Below are positions 39,863 to 50,062 of a stretch of DNA of 64,000 nucleotides, piece after piece. A program made the position numbers and the translations under genes. The notes under the pieces were generated by a model. That model worked only from the letters and a program-made list of their open reading frames with translations. It did not search any database and was not told the DNA's origin. Where the stretch lies: contig OZ242195.1 in assembly GCA_965205975.1 (NCBI GenBank), forward strand, positions 640,001 to 704,000, read 5' to 3'. How positions within the stretch are numbered: the first letter of the stretch is position 1; each line of letters begins with the position of its first letter. The stretch comes from Candidatus Latescibacterota bacterium (lineage in GTDB: Bacteria; Latescibacterota; UBA2968).

Positions 39863-41110
39863 TCAACTTCTTATTTGGTTTCTCCATTGGTTAAGCGCGA
39901 GGAGCATGCTGTCTCTGGTTTCGCGGTTCAGACTCTGAGCCAGGTTGTTGCGTTCATACGGGTCGTCCGCCAGATCAAAGCAATGCGTAATGTCATTCTC
40001 GTTCCGCTTTGTAATTAGCTTTACGTCGCCCCTGATAATGCAATCATCTTTGTGTTCGATGAAGACATCGGTTGCGATATCTGGTTCTCCAGTCATGCAG
40101 GAGAGTAGAGAGCGTCCTCCAGTGTCTCCGGGATTTTCAGCATCGGCCAGATGGAGAATTGTGGCGAATAGATCTACGGTAGATACTGGTTTCTCAACAA
40201 CACATTGTGCTGTTCCGGGTACGCGGATGAGCAGGGGCACGCGAACAGACTCATCGAACATAACGCCTTTTCCGAACAGGCCATGACAACCGGCCATATC
40301 GCCATGGTCAGATGTGAAGATGACGACAGTATCATCTGCCAGTCCAGTCTTTTCCAGTGTTTTCAATACGCGGCCAAACGCGGTGTCCAACTGAGAGACT
40401 TCCCCAAAGTACCGCTTCCTGAATTCTTCGACGCCGTAGTCCGCATTCCAGCCTGTATTCTTGAACCAGGCGTCGCGGTCCGTGTTAGGCGGATCATCCA
40501 GTACGGACTTGTCATATCGCTGCATGTCGTCCACCGGAGGCGAACACGGGGGGTGGGGTGCTTGATACGATACTGCCATGAAGAAAGGGGACTCCGGGGA
40601 TGATAGCGATTCCAGTTCTTCGCAGACAATATCTGTCAAGCCATCGGTTTCGTGCCCACGAAGCTTTACGGGGGTGTCGGGATCGTCGTACCAGATCAGT
40701 CCGGCATTGTGATCTACATGGTGGCTTTCCCACCCAATGAAGTGTTGAAATCCTCCCCGCAGTTCTGGCGGGACCCACCCGTTCTGTTTTTCACCGCTCA
40801 AATGCCATTTCCCGATATAGTGCGTGTCATAACCCGCCTGGTTCAGGTGATGGGCAATGGTCGGCTGATTCACGGGGAGGCGCATACCATTCCCTGTGAC
40901 GCCGGTCTGGCTCGGGTATTGACCGGTTAATAGACAAGCTCTGTATGGGGTGCAGAGCGGTACATTCGTATAAGCGCGATTGAATTGCGCGTTTTGTGCG
41001 GCGAATTGTGATAGGTTGGGGGCGTGAACGAGATGGTTTCCATAGCACGGCAACCATCTGGCGCTAAGCTGGTCGGGAAATATGAATAGAATATTTGGTC
41101 TGTGTATCAT
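39863..41110 (-). CDS. Sulfatase
   Basis: CTPYRA..LTG, GKWH, PHPP, SDHG. Confidence 0.93.
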   Translation of the reverse strand: MIHRPNILFIFPDQLSARWLPCYGNHLVHAPNLSQFAAQNAQFNRAYTNVPLCTPYRACLLTGQYPSQTGVTGNGMRLPVNQPTIAHHLNQAGYDTHYIGKWHLSGEKQNGWVPPELRGGFQHFIGWESHHVDHNAGLIWYDDPDTPVKLRGHETDGLTDIVCEELESLSSPESPFFMAVSYQAPHPPCSPPVDDMQRYDKSVLDDPPNTDRDAWFKNTGWNADYGVEEFRKRYFGEVSQLDTAFGRVLKTLEKTGLADDTVVIFTSDHGDMAGCHGLFGKGVMFDESVRVPLLIRVPGTAQCVVEKPVSTVDLFATILHLADAENPGDTGGRSLLSCMTGEPDIATDVFIEHKDDCIIRGDVKLITKRNENDITHCFDLADDPYERNNLAQSLNRETRDSMLLALNQWRNQIRS

Positions 41111-41147
41111 GTATTCGGGGTGGGGGAGAGGTTGATTGATCCTTTTA

Positions 41148-43610
41148 TCAGTTGCTTTTGAAAGGGTCGCTCAAAACAACGAGGGTGATAAGATCGCGCA
41201 GACCTTTGTCTTCCTCCTGTACATCTCGAACGATTGCATCAATCCCCGGTCGATCAGTAATTCCCAACTCGCGACCAATCGCATAGGTCAGCAATTTTTC
41301 TGTCAGACAACGCGTGAATTCTGCGTGGCGCTTTGCCATTAACTTGCGAAATTCGACGAAGGATTGAAAGGTTTCGCCACTCGGCAATTGTCCCGAGGGA
41401 TCAATCGCTGCGCTTCTGGTATAGTGGGTTCGCCAGCCGCCGATTGCGTCAAAGTTTTCCAGCGCAAAACCAGGGGGATCAATTTTGTTATGGCATTGGG
41501 CGCAGGTCGGGATCTCGCGGTGCTTGACCAGTTGATCTCTGATGGTCGTTGCGCCGCGTGTGTCTGGCTCAATCTCGGGCACATCGTCCGGCGGTGGCGG
41601 TGGTGTGTATCCCAGCAGATTTTCCAGCACATAAATCCCGCGCACCACAGGCGATGTATCCACGCCATTGGCCGAAGCCATAAGAAAACTGCCCTGGCCC
41701 AGCAGACCACCGCGTGGTGTCCCGGTGAGCGAAATCCGGCGAAAATGATCTCCCTCAATACCTCCTATCCCATAATGCCGGGCGAGTTCCCGATTGAGAA
41801 AGGAATAATCAGCAGAAAGAAATTCGCGGGGCGAGAGATTGTTGTCGAGTACGTGCTGAAAAAACGTCTCTGTTTCAGTCACCATAGCAGGGCCGAGATT
41901 ATCGCGAAAATAGACTCTAAAATCGGGGGAGGGTGGCATCTCTCCAATGTTGTCATAGTGGAGCCATACGCGAATGAAATTTTTAACAAAGCGGTGCGAT
42001 TTTGTATCTTGGAGCATGCGATGGATCTGCTTACTGAGCGTGGCCGGGTCGCTTAGTTTTTTCTGTTGAGCAAGTGCTATCAGTTCATCATCTGGCACAG
42101 AAGACCACAAAAAATAGGATAACCGGGCAGCCAGAGAATAATCGTCCAGAGCGCCCTCGCCTTCATGCAAAAACAGAAAAGCAGGCGAACTGAGAATGGT
42201 CTGAAAACCCAGTTGTAAAGCGGGCAACGGCTCCATGCCATTGCTGAGTTTTTCATGCGCAAGCGACTCAAACGGTGCCAGTTCTCCCGGGCGCAAGGGC
42301 CTGCGAAAAGCGGTTGTGGCAAATACACGCAAACGCTCTGAAATGCGCTTCCGGTCCAAATCTTCAGGTTTTAGATCGCCATACATCAACTGATGTCCGC
42401 GTGGAGGCCAGTCTTTCTCTTGAGGACCACTAACCTGAATTTCCCAAACCCTTAGCTTAGGCCCGCGGTAAATTTTGAGCAGCGCGTGATTTCTCTTATT
42501 ACCCGCTTTCTGATCCACAAAGGGCAGGATTTCGGGTTTTGGATCTTTTGCCTTAGTAAGTTTGCGAACCAGGGCTTTGGTTGCCAGCGTTCCATTGCGA
42601 AACCGAACCTCGGGCTCAAATCCTTTTTCCAGATAAACATCCCATTCAAACCACTGAGGCTCTTCGCGGGTCAGTTCAACAGTTGCAAGCGTGTATTCAC
42701 GAGTAATATTGCCCGTGCTCACTACACTGCCTTTGCGATCTACAGCCGCCAGTTCCAGCACAAGCGGGTCGCCTTTGGGGAAATCGTTGAGTTCTCTGTC
42801 ATAATGGTGATTGCGATCAAGTGCCGCCGCCTGCACCCTTATGGTGTAGGTGCCGCTGAAGGGCGCACCACCATCCACCAGCGGATAAAAGCCAATATGA
42901 CCACCCCGGTAGTGACGTCCAGTGAGATCATCGTATCCCGTATCTGACACAAACCGAAAGCGATCCTCTCTAAAAACCTTGGGCAAGGACAAGGAATTGG
43001 CCTGTTTGTTTGTAAAATAGAAGGGTGATTTTTGCACGTAATTTTGGGCTTCGGGTTTGGATTCAAAATGCGTGGCACGTGTGACGGCTTCTTCTGCAAC
43101 GCGCAAATAGTGATTGAGCAACATGCCCGACGTGACAAGCCCGGCAGCATTGTTATCAAAGCCCTTGACCTTCACTTCGGGTGGAAAATCTTCCGTTGGG
43201 TCCCAGGCTTCCATATTCAGACCGAGTAAATCGCCGAGTGTTTGGCGGTATTCCCAGGCGTTGAGCCTCCTCAGAGGTGTGTGCTGTCCTTTGCCCGACA
43301 ATCGCATACGCGCTTCAGCAATTGATGCTGTAATCACCTGAACAGTGGCGAGTACCTCATCTTTACCCGGCTGCATCTGGCGCTTTGGTGGCATCGACTG
43401 CAGGTTGAGTTGATCGACAATATCCTGCCAGAGTTCTAATTCTTTGAAGTTGGCAATTGTCTCGGAAAACTGATCAAAGCGCCGGTCGGCTTTTTGCACG
43501 CTTGGACCGTGACACTTGACGCAATATTGTGTAAGAAATGCCCTGGGTAGTTCTGCCCAGACAGAATGGGCGAATAGGGTGGAGACAATGACCATCAAAA
43601 TCCGTTTCAT
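41148..43610 (-). CDS. DUF1592/DUF1588 family protein with c-type heme motifs
   Basis: CVKCH, LRRLN..EY, LA.RLSYFLWSS.PD, TSPVVRG, CAQCH. Confidence 0.88.
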   Translation of the reverse strand: MKRILMVIVSTLFAHSVWAELPRAFLTQYCVKCHGPSVQKADRRFDQFSETIANFKELELWQDIVDQLNLQSMPPKRQMQPGKDEVLATVQVITASIAEARMRLSGKGQHTPLRRLNAWEYRQTLGDLLGLNMEAWDPTEDFPPEVKVKGFDNNAAGLVTSGMLLNHYLRVAEEAVTRATHFESKPEAQNYVQKSPFYFTNKQANSLSLPKVFREDRFRFVSDTGYDDLTGRHYRGGHIGFYPLVDGGAPFSGTYTIRVQAAALDRNHHYDRELNDFPKGDPLVLELAAVDRKGSVVSTGNITREYTLATVELTREEPQWFEWDVYLEKGFEPEVRFRNGTLATKALVRKLTKAKDPKPEILPFVDQKAGNKRNHALLKIYRGPKLRVWEIQVSGPQEKDWPPRGHQLMYGDLKPEDLDRKRISERLRVFATTAFRRPLRPGELAPFESLAHEKLSNGMEPLPALQLGFQTILSSPAFLFLHEGEGALDDYSLAARLSYFLWSSVPDDELIALAQQKKLSDPATLSKQIHRMLQDTKSHRFVKNFIRVWLHYDNIGEMPPSPDFRVYFRDNLGPAMVTETETFFQHVLDNNLSPREFLSADYSFLNRELARHYGIGGIEGDHFRRISLTGTPRGGLLGQGSFLMASANGVDTSPVVRGIYVLENLLGYTPPPPPDDVPEIEPDTRGATTIRDQLVKHREIPTCAQCHNKIDPPGFALENFDAIGGWRTHYTRSAAIDPSGQLPSGETFQSFVEFRKLMAKRHAEFTRCLTEKLLTYAIGRELGITDRPGIDAIVRDVQEEDKGLRDLITLVVLSDPFKSN

Positions 43611-44860
43611 GAAATCTCCATCGCAGAAAAGGTCCCTGTGCTTTTGCCAAAGCTATCTCGCTCTACACCAAACCACTGCAAGACAGAAAGCCAGAGGTTT
43701 GACAGTGGGATCCGTTTGTGTGTCTCGGCAGGACACACGAGATGTCCTTGATGTTTCAAACCGCCCCCAGCGAGAATCACCGGCAAATTCCTATTGGAAT
43801 GCCTTGAGCCATCGCCCATACCACTTCCCAGAACGACCAGCGTGTCGTCAAACACTTTTGCTTCTTTGAGGCGATCCAGAAACCTACCAAACTGAGTCAA
43901 CAAATATTTTTCCACTACCTGAAGGTCTTTCAATATCCCCTCCTCCTTGCCGTGGTGCGAAAGGCCGTGATATCCGCCAAGGTTGAGTTCGGACGTCTTA
44001 AAGCCCATGGGGATTTCAAAGGTCACAACCCGTGTCGAGTCTGTCTGTAATGCCAGTGTTAGCAGGTCATAAAAAAGCGGCATTTCCTCAATTTGCATCC
44101 GTTCGAGGTCTTCCACAGGTTCAATTGGGGATTCTGGCTTGGGTTTGTCGAGCCATTCGCGCGACATTTGCAGGCGACGCTCGACGTCGCGCACCGAAGT
44201 CAGGTATTGATCGAGCTTACCGCGATCCGCTGCATTTAACTGACCATCGAGTGTCTTTGCCGACGCGAGTAAGGCGTCGAGCACACTGCCCCGATTTGAT
44301 AGCGTACGACGCTCTGCGCTTCGCATAGCTTCATCATTCTGTACAAATAAAGCCTGAAAAATGCGGGCGGGATTGTTAATCGGTGCCACATTTACGCCCG
44401 ACCGCGTCCATACCATGTCTGTACCTCTGCCCAGCCCTGCAGTAATTGAGGGAAAGCGCGTTGTACTGCCCACATGCTCAGCCGCTATCTGGTCCAGCGT
44501 CATATTCTTTTCGGGGAAACCTGCGGCTTCTTCCTTGCGTATGCTGCTCAGAAATACATGTACGCCGGCGTGTCCACCGCCCGTACCGTGATCGAGATTT
44601 GAAAAGATAGTAAAATCATTTCGGTGTGAATCGATATACTTCAGCGTCAGGCTCGTCTCATAGTCCTTGCCGGACTGCTCGGGAAAAAAACCGCCCGGCC
44701 AAAATCCCAGATGATTGCCCACGCAGACCAGACGCCTCGGATTTGCCGCACCGTACACCATGCTGCTTTCTAAGAAGGGCAAAGATAGTGCCACGCCTGC
44801 ACCCTGTAAGAAGTGTCGGCGATTAACCCGCGCTTGCAAAAGTTCAGAAATGACGTTCAT
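43607..44860 (-). CDS. DUF1552 family protein (Tat substrate)
   Basis: NRRHFL.GAG..LSLPFLES; LALQTDSTRV; H.LSHH; NLP.ILAGG. Confidence 0.88.
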   Translation of the reverse strand: MNVISELLQARVNRRHFLQGAGVALSLPFLESSMVYGAANPRRLVCVGNHLGFWPGGFFPEQSGKDYETSLTLKYIDSHRNDFTIFSNLDHGTGGGHAGVHVFLSSIRKEEAAGFPEKNMTLDQIAAEHVGSTTRFPSITAGLGRGTDMVWTRSGVNVAPINNPARIFQALFVQNDEAMRSAERRTLSNRGSVLDALLASAKTLDGQLNAADRGKLDQYLTSVRDVERRLQMSREWLDKPKPESPIEPVEDLERMQIEEMPLFYDLLTLALQTDSTRVVTFEIPMGFKTSELNLGGYHGLSHHGKEEGILKDLQVVEKYLLTQFGRFLDRLKEAKVFDDTLVVLGSGMGDGSRHSNRNLPVILAGGGLKHQGHLVCPAETHKRIPLSNLWLSVLQWFGVERDSFGKSTGTFSAMEIS

Positions 44861-44911
44861 GGCTTGTCCTCTTCTATATTAAGTTAGGATCTCTATGCCA
44901 AAATCTGTTCT

Positions 44912-44941
44912 AATATAGCAGGAAATAAAATCTTTTGTCAA
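44912..44941 (-). promoter_or_regulatory. Putative sigma70 promoter of DUF1552-DUF1592 operon
   Basis: TTGACA-N18-TATATT. Confidence 0.6.
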
Positions 44942-44944
44942 GCT

Positions 44945-45069
44945 GGCGAACGGGATGACTCTGTCACTTCAACACGTCGAGATGGATGTCGCAGTCTGTC
45001 GTCTTCTTGAAAACGTAGGTTCGGCGCAGGAGTGTGAAAATGGGGTCCGGCAAAGTATCCTCGTTATTA
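44945..45069 (-). repeat. Possible degenerate attC-like inverted repeat (125 bp)
   Basis: TAATAAC at HAD stop ... GTTCGCC; AACGAGGATACTTTGCC pairs imperfectly with GACAGAGTCATCCCGTT. Confidence 0.35.
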
Positions 45070-45672
45070 AAGAAGTCCCAGATGATTCAACTTCTGCTGA
45101 AGACCATCGGCTCCAGCATAGGTGTGTCCGATTATACCCAATCTCGTCGCCGCTGCCACATGCCCGGCGTTGTCGTCTATGAACAGAGCCTGCTCTGGAG
45201 TTGCTTCCACAGTATCTAAGGCTGTGAAGTAGATGTTGGGATCGGGTTTTGCAAACCCGACCTCTGAGGAGTTGATGATGTAATCGAAATCCTCGGCGAT
45301 GCCCAGTCGCTGAAGGTCTGAGTGTAACCTTGAGGTCGCATTGCTGATAAGGACTAAACGCGCCCTCTTTCGACAAGCCCGCAAGATCTCCAGGACCTCC
45401 AAATCGACTTCCCCTGGCGATGCGGACCAGAGTTCAACCGCGCGCTCCGCGTTGGTGTTAGGGAAGTCCTTGCTGAGCAGGTCCGCAATTCTCCGCCGCC
45501 ACTCATCGTCAGAGATTTGTCCTGTGATTACCAGGGGGAGCAAGTCATCTGAGAATGCAGCCCTGGGGATGGCTCCTTCGGGAAGCTCGGTTGCTCGTTC
45601 CGCCTTACGATGTATTTCAGGGGACCAGATCCGAATTACCCCATCGAGGTCTGTCAGGATTACGTTTGTCAT
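45067..45672 (-). CDS. HAD family hydrolase
   Basis: DLDGV, SN, KPDP, FIDD. Confidence 0.92.
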   Translation of the reverse strand: MTNVILTDLDGVIRIWSPEIHRKAERATELPEGAIPRAAFSDDLLPLVITGQISDDEWRRRIADLLSKDFPNTNAERAVELWSASPGEVDLEVLEILRACRKRARLVLISNATSRLHSDLQRLGIAEDFDYIINSSEVGFAKPDPNIYFTALDTVEATPEQALFIDDNAGHVAAATRLGIIGHTYAGADGLQQKLNHLGLL

Positions 45673-45716
45673 TGAGTTTAGTGTTTTCCTGTGTTTTTTA
45701 CACACGATGCTTGCTG

Positions 45717-46550
45717 TCACTTATCCTCATTCTTGGTCGCAATGAAGATCATCTCTTTTTCGTGTTCAGAACTCAGGGTCTCGTCTGTCCAATCGCCTTT
45801 GACATCGACATCTCGAAAGCCTGCCAATTCCAGCATCCACATCAGTTCATTTCGATGGTACCAGTGCGTCTGTCCGGTGTGAATTTCCTCTTTTATGAGA
45901 CGGTCGCCTTCGTATAGTTCATATCGCCGTTCTCGGACAGCATATTGCGCCACCGTATCTTCAAAAATCTTGTGGTGGTAAACCAGTAGGCGCTTTCCGT
46001 CTTCAAGCTCCTTGTTGGCGATCTGTTTCCACTCGCCAGGCCATGCGTGAATCTCTTTGGGGCCCCAGTAATAAAAACTATGGGCTGGAGCAACATTAAA
46101 GGCGAGAATTCCACCAGGCTCCAAATGAGCGTGGCATCGGCGGAGCGTTTCCAATGCCGCTCGCCGCCCCATTACACACTGGAAACCACCGCACGGGATG
46201 TAGATGGCATTAAATCGATCGGGGAGATCCAACTGCTGCATCTGCTGCTCGTAGAGCACGGGATCCAGTCCCATCGCGTTCGCATGCAGGCGACATACAG
46301 ATAGCATATCGCCCGAAATGTCCACCCCCTGCACATCAAATCCTTCTTGCAAAAAGGTCAGTAGTAACCGCCCCGCTCCGCATCCCAGTTCCAGGGTCTT
46401 ACTTCCAGCTTTCTCAAGGATGCCTTTGTAGAATGACTTGTCTATGCGGGGATCTGACGTCGATATCGTAGCCCAATGAAGTGCGGAGAGTCCAGTGTAC
46501 AGATCTCGTTCATCGAATTTCATGAAAATATCCTCATAAAGCGGAGACAT
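45717..46550 (-). CDS. Class I SAM-dependent methyltransferase
   Basis: LELGCGAGR, GVDIS, HLEPGG. Confidence 0.92.
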   Translation of the reverse strand: MSPLYEDIFMKFDERDLYTGLSALHWATISTSDPRIDKSFYKGILEKAGSKTLELGCGAGRLLLTFLQEGFDVQGVDISGDMLSVCRLHANAMGLDPVLYEQQMQQLDLPDRFNAIYIPCGGFQCVMGRRAALETLRRCHAHLEPGGILAFNVAPAHSFYYWGPKEIHAWPGEWKQIANKELEDGKRLLVYHHKIFEDTVAQYAVRERRYELYEGDRLIKEEIHTGQTHWYHRNELMWMLELAGFRDVDVKGDWTDETLSSEHEKEMIFIATKNEDK

Positions 46551-46577
46551 TCAGTATCCGGGTTTTGTTTTTCCGCT

Positions 46578-47804
46578 TCACAGAAGATTCCCTTGTGCGC
46601 GGGAGTTGTGGCCTATCACCGTGATCGGCTCGGTCATTCCTATACAGACATTGCCACTCACGAGGTTCCAGTCACTGTGGCCACTCTCGACGATGCCTCG
46701 CGTCTGGCACGGTGTGTCTCCTCCAACCGTCGGAGATTTGTCAACATTATCGGCGCAACGGTTGCCCTGGACAAGAAATCTTTTGGCATTGTGCAGGCGC
46801 AGGGCGGGATAAGCGCCAGGCTTCTTCCATGAATTGCTCCGAAGGATGTTCCCGACGATCACATTTTCCACGCCATCGCTTGCGTTAATGCCCCATTTGC
46901 CATTCTCTGAGCACACATTGTTGCTGATGATGTTGTGGTGATCCTCCCCATGCCCCACGCCGCCGATGCCACTGTGGTCGTTGCCTGTGAAGACACTGTC
47001 GCTACATATAGAGTCGCGCACATGGCCGCAGAAGTACAGACCGTCTCCGCCGTTTCCAATGGCGATGTTGTGTGACCAAATGCTGCGTTCTATACCAGTG
47101 CCGGGGTGGTATCCGTGTCCGCGACAAAAGCGAACCTGACAGTGGGTGACCTGCGCATCCGAGCCGCCCTGCACGCTGATGCCGTCACTCGGCCAGTCGA
47201 TGACCGCTACATTCTGGATGCGTACACCTCTACAGTAGATAGTGTGTACAGCGCTGTAAGTGAAGTCTTGCCACCAGCGCCCTTTGGGATCTCTCGCCCC
47301 ACGTAGCGTCAAATCGCGCAAGCTCACATCGTCTCTACGGACAGCAGTAATGCCCGGGAAGAGGCCGACGATCTGGGCTCCCTCTTTTACCCTCAGGCCC
47401 CTGTTCAGTGGCTCGCTCAAGCGAACGAGGTCGCCCTTTACCGACTTCACCAGCGCGTGGGTCCCGTCCCACCATTGGCGAGGTCGATCGTTCAGCCCGA
47501 CACCATCGTCTGCTACAAAAGGCACTCGTCCGCGCAAGTAGATGTTGCGGGAACCTTTGCGGGCATCTCGAATCAGGAATAGTGCCTTGGGTGCAGCTAT
47601 CGTCAGTTCAGTCGCTGATCCATCGCCGATGAGGCTTATGCCACTTCGGAGGACAATCGACTGACGTAGCCGCCATTTGCCTGCCGGAATCCGAACGCTC
47701 CCACCTCGCTCGCCAAGGGCGTCAATCGCCTCCTGAATCCCCGAGGTAGCCGAATCCTGATCGAGAGATGCCGTGATTACTTCGTTCATCATGGGCTTAC
47801 TCAT
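46578..47804 (-). CDS. Right-handed parallel beta-helix repeat protein
   Basis: GIQEAID..GG.V.IPAG; repeated N.C..N..GI rungs. Confidence 0.82.
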   Translation of the reverse strand: MSKPMMNEVITASLDQDSATSGIQEAIDALGERGGSVRIPAGKWRLRQSIVLRSGISLIGDGSATELTIAAPKALFLIRDARKGSRNIYLRGRVPFVADDGVGLNDRPRQWWDGTHALVKSVKGDLVRLSEPLNRGLRVKEGAQIVGLFPGITAVRRDDVSLRDLTLRGARDPKGRWWQDFTYSAVHTIYCRGVRIQNVAVIDWPSDGISVQGGSDAQVTHCQVRFCRGHGYHPGTGIERSIWSHNIAIGNGGDGLYFCGHVRDSICSDSVFTGNDHSGIGGVGHGEDHHNIISNNVCSENGKWGINASDGVENVIVGNILRSNSWKKPGAYPALRLHNAKRFLVQGNRCADNVDKSPTVGGDTPCQTRGIVESGHSDWNLVSGNVCIGMTEPITVIGHNSRAQGNLL

Positions 47805-48042
47805 TTCGCGCGGTCGTGTTATGTGTCGTGCAATCCTCTATCCGTCGCCGAATGTGCCAATTGCGATCTCGTAATCGTGCCTGTCGGCGAACCCCACCTT
47901 CGTCTGCGATAGGATGGTGGTAGGCGTAGTCCCGGATCGGCTGTATCCAATTCCAGCCCTTCAGTGGCTGGCAGCATTTTCGCAGGAAGCGACTGACGTC
48001 GTCGAAATCGTCTGCGGGATCGAAAAGTCTTTGAGTTATCAT
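47797..48042 (-). pseudogene. Probable N-terminal fragment of a GNAT-type protein
   Basis: MITQRLFDPADDFDDVSRFL...NWIQP..DYAYHHP then non-conserved tail; family from recall. Confidence 0.45.
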
Positions 48043-48047
48043 AAGAT

Positions 48048-49076
48048 TCATCCGGCACCAGCGCGTGCCAGAGCGCGATCTTCTGCGTCATAGTCGAAGA
48101 TGGACTGGTCGTATTCCTCCGGTGGGTTCTCGCGTGCCCAGTCAACCGTACGCTTCATGCCCACGTTCAAATCCGTCCTGTGTTCCCAGCCCAATTCGTC
48201 GCGAATCCTGCTGACGTCGTAGATGAGGTCTTGCGCGGGGTTCGCCAGTTGTCCGAGATGGTCGGGCAGTTTGTCCTCGGGGAGGGTTCGGATTTCGCCC
48301 TTCCAGCCCGCAGCTTTTGCAATTGATTCAACCCATTCTCGCTCCGTGCAGTAATTTCCGTCTCCCACATTGTAGATTCGTCCGGCAGCTGAGGCGTTTA
48401 CCGTCGCGGCGACAATGGCCTCGGCGACGTCGTCGATATATCCGCGGATGAAGCGCCAGTGCGCGGTCTCTTCACCCAGCAAAATCACCGACCGACCGTC
48501 GAGCATCTTCTTGAGGTATCCCCAGGGACGGTGGTCGCCGGGACCATAAACGGCCGGCAATCTGAGAATTGTCGTGTCGAACGCCTGTGAAAGTATTCGC
48601 TCTATGGGGATCTTGTCGTAGAAATCCAGGTGCTTGTGCGGGTCGTCGTCAGACCGAAGCGATTCGCCGCGGTAGGGATACAGTCGCATTCGGAGGTCAC
48701 CGTCTTCGCGGATGGGGACTTCCTGAAGCGGACCTGTTTCGTATCCTCTCATGATGTCATAGGCGTGATAGACGTCACCGCTCGAGAGGACGACAACTCT
48801 GGGCGCAACATCCTGCATGGTGTCGGTGAATGTCTGCGCGAATTGCTCGTTCATGGCAATCGTGTCAAGGAGGACATCCACTTTCAGCGATAGGAACTGT
48901 TCACGGAAGTCGTCCAGATCCAGTCGATTGCCGTGAATATGCTCGACGCTGTCCGGAACGAGATCGGCGTTGTGCTTCCCCCGGTGGAAGACGGTGACGG
49001 TATGACCGGCTTCAGCCAGCCTGGCGACAGCATGGGCACCGATAAAGCGCGTGCCACCGATGACGAGTATGTTCAT
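48048..49076 (-). CDS. NAD-dependent epimerase/dehydratase family
   Basis: GGTRFIG, SSGDVY, LR.P.VYGP. Confidence 0.9.
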   Translation of the reverse strand: MNILVIGGTRFIGAHAVARLAEAGHTVTVFHRGKHNADLVPDSVEHIHGNRLDLDDFREQFLSLKVDVLLDTIAMNEQFAQTFTDTMQDVAPRVVVLSSGDVYHAYDIMRGYETGPLQEVPIREDGDLRMRLYPYRGESLRSDDDPHKHLDFYDKIPIERILSQAFDTTILRLPAVYGPGDHRPWGYLKKMLDGRSVILLGEETAHWRFIRGYIDDVAEAIVAATVNASAAGRIYNVGDGNYCTEREWVESIAKAAGWKGEIRTLPEDKLPDHLGQLANPAQDLIYDVSRIRDELGWEHRTDLNVGMKRTVDWARENPPEEYDQSIFDYDAEDRALARAGAG

Positions 49077-49183
49077 GATATCATTGCCCTATCTAATAGA
49101 CCTGTTTTTTATGTTTTGCTGTTCAAATGGATTTCGAATCTCCACCAATATTGCCTTGTTTCCTCAGCTTTCATAGCACTTAC

Positions 49184-49555
49184 CTAAACCTTCACATTGG
49201 CATAGAAATTGACGATGTTCCCATCCGGGTCACGAAACCAAACAGATCGGCGCCCCCATGATTGGGTTGTAGGCGGTTTAACAATCTCAACATTCATGGC
49301 TTTCAAACGCTCAAAGTCCCGGTCGACGTCTTCTACCTCAAACTCGATAGTATAGCTACCATATCCAGCTCCCTTCAGGCATCCAGGAGCCATCTTCTCC
49401 GTGCGTTCTGAGGAGAAGATTGACAAATCTGCACCCTCCGTTGGAATGATCTCAAATATATTTCCTTCTTCTGGTTCAAGTTTTAGTATTTCTCTGTAGA
49501 AAGCGCACAATCTGTCCACATTCTGCGTTATTATACAAATGCCAGTGAACTGCAT
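49184..49555 (-). CDS. VOC/glyoxalase family protein
   Basis: EFEVEDVD...WGRRSVWFRDPDGN. Confidence 0.92.
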   Translation of the reverse strand: MQFTGICIITQNVDRLCAFYREILKLEPEEGNIFEIIPTEGADLSIFSSERTEKMAPGCLKGAGYGSYTIEFEVEDVDRDFERLKAMNVEIVKPPTTQSWGRRSVWFRDPDGNIVNFYANVKV

Positions 49556-49573
49556 GATGGACCTCCAGAAGTC

Positions 49574-50008
49574 TCAGTGAAATTCTTTTGGACGGCGCAG
49601 GACGCGTCGCCTCCTTCGAGGTGGGAAAGTCACGGTTTGTGTATAAGGGTGCCAGTCGGTTGCGATGTCCCAACTTTCTCGCTGCTGGGGGAAGGTGTAC
49701 AGCACAATGCCGCGATCTTTCGGAGGACGCCACCGTCCCTGACCGAGCAACTGATCTACCACTGCTGCAAATTCTGCCGTCATGGCTTCTCGAAAGATGC
49801 GAGAGTTTCTCACGGATCGGCTGACGCCACCCGGGTATTTTCGCCAGGTCGCAGGATCATCCCGCAATACGCCCTCTCTCTCCAGCCGACGCCAGATCGT
49901 TGATTCCATCTCAGCGGCGTCTTCGGCTGTAAAGGCGCGCACCTTGACGTAGCCTCGGGTGCAGAGCTGCTCAAGGTCTTGTTCGTTCAGCGGTCCGTCA
50001 GTCGTCAT
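49574..50008 (-). pseudogene. Truncated PhyH family dioxygenase
   Basis: PhyH-like N-terminus ends at DWH; HxD Asp and distal His absent, unrelated basic tail. Confidence 0.7.
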
Positions 50009-50062
50009 GGAATTGCCTTTCTATATCGGTGAATAGAATGAATTCGCCACTGATGTCAATCA

